NCBI RefSeq assembly: GCF_964188315.1
Contig: NC_135656.1
Span: forward strand, 116,622,001 to 116,686,000
DNA: 64,000 nucleotides
Direction: 5' to 3'
Origin: Podarcis muralis
Lineage: Eukaryota
Positions 49,479 through 61,160 of this stretch are shown here, piece after piece. Position 1 is the stretch's first letter. The number at the start of each line of letters is the position of its first letter. A model generated the notes under the pieces. The model did no database searches. It worked only from the letters and a program-made list of their open reading frames with translations, and had not been told where the DNA came from. A program made the translations under genes and the position numbers.

Positions 49479-50489
49479 CTGATTTAGGGACAGTTTTATC
49501 AGTCCTGCTAGCCAGCTTCCCATTGAGGCATCTGGTTGGCCACTGTGAGAACAGAATGCTGGACTAGATGGGCCCCTGGCTTGATCCAGCAGGCTATTCC
49601 TATTTTCTGTGTGTAAACAGGTGTTCACTAAACTTGGAATAGTCCATCAGGCTTCTTTTGCCCATGGGCAAACCGTATTTCTTAAAGCAGCGGGTCAGGA
49701 ATCTCAATCCACTCTCAGGTGGAGTTCAGTGCCATCACCTGCCCAGTGCTTTCTCCTCACTCGCCTGCCTGGTTCCCAAACTGTTGGACCAATGTCAGCA
49801 CCATAATCAGCACCATAATTTTATTGCACACCGGGTCAAGTTTCCTGGGAGACAGAAATTTAGAGGAGCAGGAAGAAATGAAGATCTTCTTCCACTGGAG
49901 GGAAACAGCCAGAGGAAATATTGAGGGAAATCACATATTCAAAGGTTAATATTTCAAATAACAATAATAATATTTCGCCCTTCCCGTAAGAAATCCCCAC
50001 ACACCTGAGAATAGCAATGAAAGGGAAAAAGGAAGAAAGCTGTTACAGGAGGAATGAAAGAAATCGGCAGCTTGGGGTGGGCATAGAGAACGGTGAAGGG
50101 AGGAAAGGAGAAGAATTAGCAAGTACTTGTGAGAGGTGCATGGAGAGAAAGGAAACATAAAATAATTTGACTTCTCCACTTAGAGCAAAACTCTGCCTAA
50201 AACAAAGCTATCATGATACTTCCATGAGACTGCTCACAGCTTGAGGAAAGCCGAACTTTGGAACTCTGTGTTACGAGGAAATTGCTAAGGCAAAGAATTT
50301 AGAAACAGAGAGATCAGGGAGCAGTGATTTTCAGCTGTTTGTGCTGAACTTCATCTCAGATCTGCCACCATTTTGCGACTGGCTCTGCCCTCGCACCTTG
50401 TGACTGGTGGGCCTCACGTTTGTTGCTGGTGGGTCTAAGTACGTTTCAGCCCTTTTAAGAGTTTGCTGGAGGTGGACAGTTCCGAGACC

Positions 50490-50720
50490 AGCCCTGCTCT
50501 GGTGAGAAACTAGCTCAGCCTGGCTAAAAAAATCTGCCCCCACAATCTTGTTTCTGCACCGTTTTTGCTTTCCTGTGTGCAATGATCCGTCAGCCACCAT
50601 GGAAGCTTTTCCTGCAATCTGTGCCTTTGTACAGTTTCTCTCTGCTGCGGAGCCATAAGCGTGGTTGAAGCTTTCACCCTGCACTCTCAATTGCTGATAC
50701 GGTTTCTCTCCTAACTCAAT
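50490..50720 (-). pseudogene. Decayed zinc-finger repeats downstream of the ZF5 stop codon
   Basis: Frameshifted remnants GEKPYQ..EC..KSFNH, EKLYKGTDCRKSF, HTGK...DCG..F...LVSHQ. Confidence 0.55.
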
Positions 50721-50764
50721 GATTTGGATTCTCGGATGAGGAAGAAGGCAGACGATGCAAACCT

Positions 50765-52785
50765 TTACAAGGTTTCTCGTGCTAGGTGGATTTTCTTGTG
50801 CCTGAAGAGGTGCGAGGGGTCGCTGAAGTTCCGGCCACATTCGGGACACACGAACGGCCTCTCCCCCGTGTGGATTCTCCGGTGGTTCACAAGCTGCGAG
50901 AGCTGACGGAAGCACTTCCCACACTCCAAACACGTGTACGGTTTCTCCCCTGTGTGGATTCTCTGGTGTTTCACAAGCGGGGAGCGCTCTCGGAAGCACT
51001 TCCCGCACTCGGAGCATTTGTACGGCTTCTCTCCTGTGTGGATTCTCTGGTGACTGATAAGGGCTGACCTCCTTCGGAAGCACTTCCCGCATTCCGAGCA
51101 CCGACACGGCCTGTCGCTCGTGTGGGTCCTTTCGTGCACGAGTAGCTCATTCCCTGTGCAGAAGCTCTTCCCACAGGCCAGGCATTTGTACGGCCTGTCT
51201 CGTGTGTGGGTCCTCTTGTGCCTGATCAGGTGCGAGGGGTCTCCGAAGCTTTTCCCGCAGTCGGGGCAGCTAAAGGGTTTCTCCCCCGTGTGGGTTCTCT
51301 CATGGTTCATGAGCTGCGAGTGCTGGCGGAAGTCCTTCCCGCAAATGGAGCATTTGAAAGGTTTCTCTCCCGTGTGGATTCTCTGATGTTTAATGAGGAC
51401 TGATCTGCTGCTAAAGCTTTGGCCACATTCCGGGCACTTATATGGCTTCTCTCCCCTGTGGATTCTTTCATGGGCAAGGAGACCTGAATTGTGGTTGAAG
51501 CTTTTCCCACACTCTGAGCACTGATACGGTTTCTCTCCTGTGTGGATTCTCATGTGAGTCGTAAGATAGGCACTGGTGCTAAAGTTCTTCCCGCAAACAG
51601 AGCACTCACAAGGTTTCTCTCCAGTATGGGTTCTTTTGTGTCTGTTGAGGTGAGACGGGTCGCTGAAGGCCCTCCCACAATCCGAACACGCATATGGCCT
51701 CTCCCCTGTGTGGATTCTCTGGTGGCTCCCGAGCTGAGAGTGCTGCCGGAAGCATTTTCCGCACTCCGCGCACTTGTAGGGCTTCTCTCCCGTGTGGATT
51801 CTCTGGTGTTTCACAAGTTGCGACTGCTGCCGGAAGCACTTCCCGCACTCGGGGCATTTGTAAGGTTTCTCGCCCGTGTGGATGCCCTGGTGGTTCACGA
51901 GCTGGGAATGCTGCCGGAAGCACTTCCCGCACTCGGAGCATTCGTAGGGCTTCTCTCCTGTGTGGATTCTCTGATGTTTTGCGAGCTGCGAATTGTATTG
52001 GAAGCACTTCTCGCACTCAGAGCATTTGTGCGGCTTCTCCCCTGTATGCATCCTCTGGTGGCTAATGAGGACCGACATCCTGGCGAAGCTTTGCCCACAG
52101 GCGGCGCACTGGCACGGTTTCTCGCTCGTGTGGATTCTCTCATGCATGAGAAGCTCGTTGCCTGTGCAGAAACTCTTCCCACACACCAAGCACTTGTACG
52201 GCCTCTCTCTCATGTGGGTCCTCTTGTGCCTGATGAGGTGCGAGGGGTCACCAAAGCTTTTCCCGCAGCTGGGGCAGCCGTACGGTTTCTCTCCGGTGTG
52301 GATTCTCTCGTGGTTAACAAGGTGAGAGTGTTGGCGGAAGCCCTTCCCACAAACGGAGCATGTGAAAGGCTTCTCTCCCGTGTGGATCCTCTGATGTTTA
52401 ATGAGGACCGATTTATTGTTAAAGTTTTGGCCACAATCTGGGCATTTGAACAGAGCCCTGTTGGCTTGGATTATTCCATGTGCCAGAAGATCAGACGTCT
52501 CCCGCAAGACTTTTACACACCCAAGGGGTCCTTTTCCGTGCTGATCCTCGGGGAGACCCTGCTGGAATATTCTGTCCTCCAGTTCCTCGTACCTGCCCTG
52601 GTGATCAATCAAGTTGTCCTCCTCTTCTGCTAGGCAGTTTCCCTGCTGGCTCTCAGAGGCTTCATCTCCCAGATTGGGGCTCCAAGATAAATTCTGTTCC
52701 GCTCCTCTCAGTAGCATCGCATGTGGTTCCATTTCCGCAGGATTTCCAGCCTGATTTGGCTCATTCCCACACACCCACTCATCAC
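50765..52785 (-). CDS. ZF5 last coding exon: 20 C2H2 zinc fingers
   Basis: Acceptor tttttattccggcAG at 52787-52786, phase 1. Twenty fingers with TGEKP-type linkers. Confidence 0.93.
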
Positions 52786-53317
52786 CTGCCGGAATAAAAA
52801 CAGAATTGCAATGTGCGTCTTTTTTTTGGAGAGAGGTGGAGGGGCAGAGAAAGGAAGCAAGCAAGCTCTGGCTACACACTAGGAGCAGCTGCATGGAAAC
52901 AGCCACGGTGCCACATGCCTGAATTACATCCCAGTTAGACTACTGTAACCTGCTCTATGTGGGACTGCCTTTGAAATGTGGTTGGAAGCCCCACCTGAAA
53001 CATCATATCTCCCTATATGAACTTGCCTGGGTGCTGAGATCCTCAGGTGAGGCCATTCTCTCTGTCAGAAGCACAGAGCCTTTTATGTGGCAGCCTCCAT
53101 ATTGTGGAATCCCCTCTCAGGATGTTAAACTGCCTTCCTTTTTGTTACCCTAAGGCCTTCCTATTAATCCAGGCTTTTGAAAACTAAGGTGCAGTCGATG
53201 CAGATCACTAGGCCGCTGTCGGGGCAAACTGCATCTTAAAGCTGGTTTAAAATGTGTTTCAATGTACTTTTAACTATTGTTTCCTGTCAGGATAGTTTTA
53301 CTCCTTTGTATTTGATA

Positions 53318-53559
53318 CAGTCAAACCTCAGGTTGTTGAACATAATCCATTCTGGAAGCCCGTTTGGCTTCCGAAAAGTCCGACAATCGAGGCACGGCTT
53401 CCGATTGGTTGCAAGAGCTTCCTGCACTCAAGCGGAAGCCGCGTTGAATGATTGGCTTCTGAAAAACATTAGAAAACCGGAGTATTCACTCCCAGGTTTT
53501 CAGCATTCGGGAGCCAAAACGTTTGAAAACAGAGCTGTTCAGGAACCAAGGTTTGACTG
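53318..53559. mobile_element. MITE family B
   Basis: TA|cagtcaaacct...aggtttgactg|TA. Confidence 0.85.
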
Positions 53560-53843
53560 TACTGACCTGTAAGCTGCGGTGGTAGAAAGGTGGGATAATA
53601 AATACATCAAATAATTAAATAATCTCCGCCTTTAAAAACAAACAAACCAGGGTATGTGTTTCATGGCGATTAGATCTGTAAATGACCAGTAATTATGGTG
53701 ATTAACAGCAGAATGTCTATCGTTCCCCATCTCTAGAGCACAGTTTCCCAAAGTGGTCAATATGGATCCTTTGGGGTCAAATTGGAGGGGGCGGGAGTCC
53801 CAGGATAGGATGAGAGGGCAAATCAAGCAAAGAGGACCCTTGC

Positions 53844-53973
53844 CTGAGAAGGTGGCAACTCCATCATCAGCCTCTTGCTTGATATCCTGGAAGAGCAAGC
53901 CCTGCCAAGTGTCTTGAAGAGCGTCCTCTGTCTCGGGGAGATTCATTTTTTCTTGCTTCTGCGGACTCAGAAC
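53844..53973 (-). CDS. ZF5 degenerate KRAB-A-derived exon (130 bp; ATG at 53946) with GC donor
   Basis: ctctgttgctAG|GTT...TCAG|GCAAGG. VLSPQKQEKMNLPETEDALQDTWQGLLFQDIKQEADDGVATFSG aligns with the ZF2/ZF3 exon 2 peptides. Confidence 0.72.
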
Positions 53974-54352
53974 CTAGCAACAGAGCAGCAGAGATCTTGT
54001 TCAGTAAAGAGGTGCAGAAAAGGAAAGAGGACCGCTCTGAGAATTATAGCTCTGTGAGGAAAATATGGGGAGGGGACTCCTGCGAACTCTGAGGATGCTT
54101 AACAAACTACAGTTCCCAGGATCCTTTGGGGAAAGCTTTGACTGTTGAAAGATCCTATTGCCCTGATGGGAGGGGAAGTTGGACACCATATTTTTTAAAA
54201 AACAATAATTTCCCTTATTTTGAATCTGTTTCCCGTATAGTTCTGTCTACACACCTCTGTTTTTTGCCTTTATAAGTAAAGGAAATCCCTTCAGGGAATT
54301 CCCAGCTGAAGCAGATATTTTTCTTTTAAAGGGCCTCCGTCAAAAATTTATA

Positions 54353-54570
54353 CAGTGGTACCTCGGGTTAAGTACTTAATTTGTTCCAGAGGTCCGTTCT
54401 TAACCTGAAACTGTTCTTAACCTGAAGCACCACTTTAGCTAATGGGGCCTCCCGCTGCCGCCGCCACACGATTTCTGTTCTCATCCTGAAGCAAAGTTCT
54501 TAACCCGAGGTACTATTTCTGGGTTAGCGGAGTCTGTAACCTGAAGCGTATGTAACCCGAGGTACCACTG
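54353..54570. mobile_element. MITE family A (reverse orientation)
   Basis: TA-flanked TIRs. Confidence 0.9.
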
Positions 54571-55615
54571 TAATCCTCTCTCCTCTTCAAGACCTCTTTT
54601 AAAATTATAATCCTCTCATCATCTATTTTAAGATCTTTTTCATAATAGGCCTGGACCACTCCGTCTTTGATAGAATTTCCTAGTAATCTTGACCACGTCA
54701 ACAGAAAGGCCATTTTCTCTTCCTTTCTCTGATTCAAAGCGCACTGAATCCCCTTCTGCTTCAGTCCTGCTAATGCAGCTGGAGACCCAGGTGGACACAT
54801 TTCTCAGCTCAGCAGACACTGAAGTAAAAAACGGAGCTGAGCCAGAAGCACTCCAAGTACTCGTTCCCTCCAAAAATCAATGCATTGCCTGAAAATATTA
54901 CCCTCTCTCTGCAGGGTATAATCATAAATCAATATTCTTCATGGGGAATGCCTCTGCCAAATGGAAACAAAGAATATTGTCAATATTCAGAGACAATGCA
55001 TGTTTCCAAATCTTTTTTGGAAAGAAGAGATTGTTGTTGTTGTTGAATTATGAATATCTGTGTTTTCATCTGCATTCCTGCCCCGCCCCCACAAAAAAAC
55101 TAAAATTTCAGTTGAGAAAATTGATGACTTTGCTGCTTCCTCCCTGCACTGTAAAGATTTTGCTGTGATTTGAGCCAGTAACATCAGTTGGGAAACCTCT
55201 ATTGGCTGTATCAATGTGACTGAATCCCCCAAACACTCAAAAATAGCGACAGTCTGGAAGCGATCCCAAAACCTCTCAAACGATCCTCATAGCAAGGCAT
55301 CGATTTGGACACAACAACCAAAATATTGGAAAACGGAGGCCAACTTTTCCGCTTCCTGCTGTCAAGAGACTGGCTGCTAAGCAAACAAGAAGGTGTGCGT
55401 TATTAAATATAGTATATAGTAACAGCTTTAAGAGGGAGTGCTGGAGGAGATTGCAGATTCCCATCTGGGGCTGTGGAGACAAGTCAATTTTATTTATCTA
55501 TTATATATATATATATATTAAAACAAACGAGGGGTCAGCCATTGTGTGCTCTTTTCTCCCAGCAGCCCTCGGTGTAACCTGAAACTTGCAGAGCAAACTA
55601 GTACTACGCCCTTAC

Positions 55616-55960
55616 CCAACTGAGCTTGCAGTCTCCTCCCCATAGAAGACGGGGATTAAATGCATTAAATGCGGGCTTTGTGGCCGCAACGTCGCCAGGG
55701 CCTTTCCCCCACCCCTCTCTCCTCTGCCCCTTGCTCTGCTTAGCCTCCAGCCTGACGAAGGGCTCTGCTGAACCCGAAAGCGGGCGCTTTTCACACTCAC
55801 CGACATCACCGCCCACCAGCTGCCCTGCTCTCTCTCGGGTCCTCCAGCCAAGGTTGAGCGAAGCCGGAAGAGGCTCTCGCGGCCTCTCTAGGAACGAAGG
55901 CTCGCTCTCCTTAACCCTTTTAACGGGAGGCGGAGAAGGCGGTGGGGTGGGAGAAGCATT
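55616..55960 (-). promoter_or_regulatory. CpG-rich promoter/non-coding first exon(s) of ZF5
   Basis: Minus-strand donors TCG|GTGAGT (55800) and TGG|GTAAGG (55615). aagggttaa...ttcctagagaggcc motif shared with the ZF2 first exon. Confidence 0.5.
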
Positions 55961-56788
55961 TCAGAGTCTTGTGACAGCTGAAAGGCTGCCAACGTAAGAT
56001 GCCACGATGCAGCCTTCCCCAAGCTGGTGCCCTCCCACCAGCACCGTGGGGCTTTGCCTTGAGTGTTCGTTTAGTATGATGTTGCTGCTGATTTATTTAT
56101 TTTAATCATAGCTGGCAACGTTTCCCTTTTTTTAAGGGAAATTCCCTTATTCCGAATAGGATTCCTCGCAAGAAAAGGGAAAAGTTGACAGCTATGATTT
56201 CAATTCTATTTTATTGAAAATATTTCGACTGAACAAAATAACGCGAAAAAAGGAAAAAGGCGCATTAAAAAATATTTTAAAAACCCCACTATAATTCCAT
56301 AATACAAAGGTATATGAATGAAATTATTATTCTAATACATATACATTTATTTATAACGCACTGTATTTTTTTATAAATGTATTCCAAATGTCATTCTATT
56401 TGTCCAGGCACAATCTGTGTCTGTAAGCTATCTGTCTGTATGTTGCAAGAGTTGTCAGAATAAAGGGGGCTATAGATTTACCATTCCACTAACTCAGTCT
56501 TTTAGCCATAGCGAGGGCGCAGCAAAACCATTTACGTTGACAGGTTGTCAAATCCAACGTAATTTAAAATAATGTTATCCTCTGACAGTACTAGCTTTGC
56601 CCCGCCCCCGCCCAAAAATAATAATTATAATATTTATACAATCTGGTACTTTCTCCCAAAACTTCATAAGCATAGGATGTTACATAAACATATGTATCGA
56701 AGAAGCATTATCCTTATTACATCTCCAATATGCTGCCATAATTAGTTCCCTTCTATACAAATGGAAGAGTACAGCTGAGATGATTGTA

Positions 56789-56955
56789 TAGAATCATAGT
56801 AGTGTTTTGAATGGGACTCTCCGAAGGTCCTCTAGTCCAACCCCCTGTCACACAGGTATCTCAGCTGAGGAATCCCTGACAGATTGCCACCCAGCCTCTG
56901 TTTAAAAACCTCCAATGAAGGAGGTTCCAACACATTTCAAGGGAGTCTGCATGGA
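56789..56955 (-). mobile_element. CR1 LINE 3' fragment
   Basis: tagaatcatag tail and ctctagtccaaccccctg...aaaaacctccaatgaagga body. Confidence 0.65.
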
Positions 56956-57329
56956 AGGTGATGAATTAACGAATAATAGAAATGTAGAGTTGGACGGAAT
57001 CCTAAGGGGCATCTAGTCCAACCCCTGTGATGCAGGAATCAACAACAATAAGACTGCTTTTTGCCTGCCTTCAATAATATAAGGCCTTTTGCTGTCATGA
57101 GGACTTGCTGTTTTCTTGGTTCTGTGCTTCTGACAGGTGCGTGGCAGGCAGACAACCAAAAGGTGCAGCTCTGCCCACTTCCCATGCAATAAATTCCCCA
57201 ACTCAGCTCTGGATTCCCAGAGGCAAGACAGTCAAGGGACTGTACTGTGATGAGCAGCTGCAGGATCTGTTATCTTGGGTGCAGGTTTCCGGTTGGAGCC
57301 AGACTGAAGTCGAGAGAATAATAATAATA

Positions 57330-57684
57330 CAGTGGTACCTCGCAAGACAAATGCCTCGCAAGACAAAAAACTCACTAGACGAAAGGGTTTTTTGTTTTTT
57401 GAGCTGCTTCGCAAGACGGTTTTCCCTATGGGCTTGCTTCGCAAGACGGAAACGTCTTGCAAGTTTGTTTCCTTTTTCTTAACACCGTTAATACAGTTGC
57501 GACTTGACTTCGAGGAGCAACTCATAGAACGAGGTGTGGTAGCCTTTTTTGAGGTTTTTAAAGACTTTGGTGATTTTTGAAGCTTTTCCAAAACTTTCCC
57601 GACACCGTGCTTCGCAAGACGAAAAAAATCGCAAGACGACAAAACTCGCGGAACGAATTAATTTCGTCTTGCGAGGCACCACTG
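57330..57684. mobile_element. Tc1/mariner-pogo MITE family C, 355 bp
   Basis: TA|cagtggtacctcgcaagac...gtcttgcgaggcaccactg|TA with internal cgcaagac repeats. Confidence 0.88.
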
Positions 57685-57687
57685 TAA

Positions 57688-57870
57688 TTTATTATTTATA
57701 CCCTGCCCATCTGGCTGAGTTTCCCCAGCCACTCTGGGCGGCTCCCAATCAAATGTTAAAAACAGTACAGCACTAAATATTAAAAACTTCCCTAAACAGG
57801 GCTGCCTTCAGATGTCTTCAGAAGGCCCTCTGTCTGGTTCCCTGTAACCTCACTTCTTGCAATGAGGGAA
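57688..57870 (-). mobile_element. L2 LINE 3' end fragment
   Basis: Reverse match to the L2 tail and 3' ORF. Confidence 0.75.
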
Positions 57871-58229
57871 CCACCAGAAGGCCATCGGCTGGGCCTGGTG
57901 AAGGAGATCTTATATTTTTCACCAGCAACCAGTTTGCAGCTAGTGATGGAGAGTCCCTAATAAATGATCGGTGAACTGGATTAAGGAAATTGATCTTTTA
58001 GTGTGGCGGCACCCACACTTTGGGACTCCCTGCCTCTGGACTCACCAAATCCCCTCCCAGGAACCAGCCAGAAAACAGCCGGCGAGGTAGAGGATAGCTC
58101 AGCCGCTTAAAGCATGGTGCTGATCATGCCAAGGCTGCAAGAGGACAGCTGCATATTCCCGCATCGCAGGGGTTGGACTGGATGATGCCCAGGGGTCCCT
58201 TCCAGAGTTTCACGCTTATGCGCAGGAGA

Positions 58230-58900
58230 TAGGCGGCGCTGCTCTGAGCTGCGGCTCGGAAAGCGTTCAGAGGTCGGTGGCAAGGCAGCTCCTGCGCTCC
58301 TCCTCCTCCTCCAGCCAACTCCCCTCTCCGGAAGCAGGATGGTCAAAGATGAGGCGGAAGCTGGGAACCGGAAGCCTGAAGCAGCTGTTTTAAGCGAGGC
58401 ACAGAACTTGGGAGGGGGTCCCTGGTGGTCATCTAGCTCAACCCCTCGCAATGCAGGAATCTCATCCATAACAGAGCGGCTCGGGGCTTCGGTGGCTTCT
58501 TCTCCTCTTCCTCCTCCAGCTCCTTTGTGGTCTCGATTTCCCCGAGGGTAGCCGGGGGGCAGGCGGAGGCCAACCCCGGGGAGACACTGCGTGGAGCAAG
58601 ACGCCCGCTGCCCTGCGCCAGGAGGGGCGAGGAAGGAAGCGGAGGTAGATCCTGGGGAGAGAAAGGGATCGGGCACCGGGCAGGCGGGGTAGATCGCAGG
58701 GCGGAGGGTTGTTTTTAAGGAAGCGGGAGATCCCTTTTCTGTAACCCCGATCATCCCCGAAAGTGTCCGCCCCATGCAAGGCTCACTCACGAGCGAGACG
58801 TGGGTGGGAATCGAACAGCGCTCTGCACATGAGCCGGGAACAGCTCTCCTTTATCGCCTGGCAGTTTGCAGGGCTGGGCGATGCTGAAGCCCGCAGGTTC
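58230..58900. promoter_or_regulatory. CpG-rich region between divergent ZF5 and ZF6 (candidate promoter)
   Basis: Elevated GC and CpG, ETS-like ccggaagc motifs and GC boxes. Direction unresolved. Confidence 0.4.
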
Positions 58901-59242
58901 TAGCCTGGGACTAAACAATTGGCTGCTGGCACATTTGCAAAGCTAAGCAGGGTCTCTTGTATGGTTTCAAATTGGGAGGGAGGCGGCGTTCTGAGATTCC
59001 TGGACTGCAGGGCGTTGGTTTGGATAATCCCTGAGACCCCTTCTAACTCTATGATTCTGTCATTCTATGAAATAAGAGCGAGGCAAGCGAAAGTGGAGCA
59101 CACCTAGCTGGATTTATTTGATGTTTTGGTGAGCCCAGGTGGCAGGCGTTGTTCTACTCTCAGTTTTCTAATCCCGCATGCCTTTCAGGAAGCTGCAGTT
59201 GGTGCCGCAAACCTGGATCTAGGCAGGGGAGTTTTCCTTTTA

Positions 59243-59830
59243 CAGTGGTACATCGGGTTACATACGCTTCAGGTTACATACGCTTCAGGTTACAGACTCT
59301 GCTAACCCAGAAATAGTTGTTGTTTAGTCGTGTCCGACTCTTCGTGACCCCCTGGACCAGAGCACGCCAGGCCCTCCTGTCTTCCACTGCCTCCCGCAGT
59401 TTGGTCAAACTCATGCTGGTAGCTTCGAGAACACTGTCCAACCATCTCGTCCTCTGTCGTCCCCTTCTCCTTGTGCCCTCCATCTTTCCCAACATCAGGG
59501 TCTTTTCCAGGGAGTCTTCTCTTCTCATGAGGTGGCCAAAGTCTTGGAGCCTCAGCTTCAGGATCTGTCCTTCCAGTGAGCACTCAGGGCTGATTTCCTT
59601 CAGAATGGATAAGTTTGATCTTCTTGTAGTCCATGGGACTCTCAAGAGTCTCCTCCAGCACCAGAAATAGTACCTCGGGTTAAGAACTTTGCTTCAGGAT
59701 GAGAACAGAAATCGCAAGGCGGCAGCAGTGGGAGGCCCCATTAGCTAAAGTGGTGCTTCAGGTTAAGAACAGTTTCAGGTTAAGAACAGACCTTCGGAAT
59801 GAATTAAGTACTTAACCCGCGGTTCCACTG
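59243..59830. mobile_element. MITE family A interrupted by Bov-B
   Basis: TIRs at both ends. The internal sequence is split at ccagaaatag. Confidence 0.88.
59317..59660 (-). mobile_element. Bov-B LINE 3' end inserted in a MITE, 10-bp TSD
   Basis: RVPWTTRRSNLSILKEISPECSLEGQILKLRLQ. CCAGAAATAG at 59307-59316 and 59661-59670. Confidence 0.92.
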
Positions 59831-60636
59831 TAATCTTAAACTGAATTGCTAAACAAACCAACACAGAGTGACTTTGCCATGCCAGAACAAATGTGGCAAC
59901 CATGATTCACTTTGCAAAGAAATGGATTTAGAGAAGGCTCCCCCAACCTGATACACTCTAAATGTTTTGGACTACAACTCCCATCAGTCCCAGATGGCGC
60001 TACAACTCCCATCAACCTCCACGCCAACCAGGGCTGATGGGACCTCTACGGCAAAACTTCCAGAGGTTGGGGAAGGTAGAGTTTGCAGCTCTAAATTTTT
60101 TTAAAAACAGAAACTGCTCAGTGTTTCTATATGTTTGGGGAAAGCTTCACCTGAAGCATTTCTGCCTGTTATGAAGCTGTCAAAAGCACAGGAGCACTGC
60201 GAGGAGGCAGCCTCTGAGAGAATGGCAGGCTTATTGTAGGTTCACAGGATTGGGGAATGAGCAGACGGACATTCATGACATTTCAGGGGGTTGGGCTAAA
60301 TAACCCTTTGGATCCCTTGTAATGCTATATTTCTGAGTCTAAGGCATTTTGTTAAAACATGCTTAATAGCTCTGATGAAAAGAAATGGGGGGTTCTCGAG
60401 GGTTACTTAGAGGATTTGCAAATGCAAGAGGAGAGCCAAGAATCTGTAGGGGCATTTGAAATATTAAAATGACATGGCGCAAATACTGTAAATCGCCATT
60501 CTGGATGACACCTTACTGTTTGTGTCAAGAGTTGAATAAATTGTGGGCATGTGACCCAAGTGTGGCTCAGGGGATGTTTGGAGAAAGTAACAAGGTCATG
60601 GGTTCCTAAGATACCTGTGTGAGCCAGAAAAACAGA

Positions 60637-61160
60637 GGCTTGCCTCTTCCACCATCCTGGTTCACTTCTGCAGCTTGTCTCTTCTGTTGTCCCCATTCCT
60701 ATTTTATGGCAATATTTCAGGCTTCCCTCTTCCACCATCCTGGTTCACCTCTGCAACTTGCCTCTTCTGTTGTCCCCATTCTGTTTTATGTCAATATTTC
60801 AGGCTTGCCTCTTCCACCACCCTGGTTCACTCGCTTGCTTGCTCTTCTGTTGTTCCCATTCTCCTTTATGGCTTGCCTCTTCCACCTTCCTCGTTGCCTT
60901 TTGTAGCCATACTTGCAGCTTACGTTTTTTTCAGCAGGGCTCAACCACAGGGATGAGCCCATTTTCACTGCCGCATGTGACATGTCTTCAACCATCATGG
61001 TTCACCTCTGCAGCTTGCCTCTTCTGCTGTCCCCAATCCCTTTTATGACAATATTTTAGGCTTGCCTCTTCCACCTTCCTCATTCCCTTTTGTAGCAATG
61101 CTCGAGGCTTACTTCTCCCGCTGTCTCCCTTCTGTTTCTTTCAGCAGCGCTCAACCACTG
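60637..61160. repeat. Complex minisatellite, about 82-84-bp unit with a nested larger repeat
   Basis: ggcttgcctcttccacc recurs at about 60637, 60720, 60802, 60870 and 61058. Confidence 0.8.

Noticed and set aside
50765-52906. Taking the 713-aa ORF as a single-exon gene starting at 52906
   Set aside because: The start is not ATG and the first 40 codons run through a polypyrimidine tract and acceptor. The true exon begins at 52785.
60469-60625. Short ATG-initiated ORF MTWRKYCKSPFW... as a possible ZF6 first coding exon
   Set aside because: It shows no convincing SCAN similarity and no strong in-phase donor, so it is left unannotated.
60637-61160. CRISPR-like array or decayed C2H2 array interpretation of the 82-84-bp repeats
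   Set aside because: The DNA is eukaryotic, there are no unique spacers or cas genes, and no CxxC/HxxxH/TGEKP signature appears in either strand.
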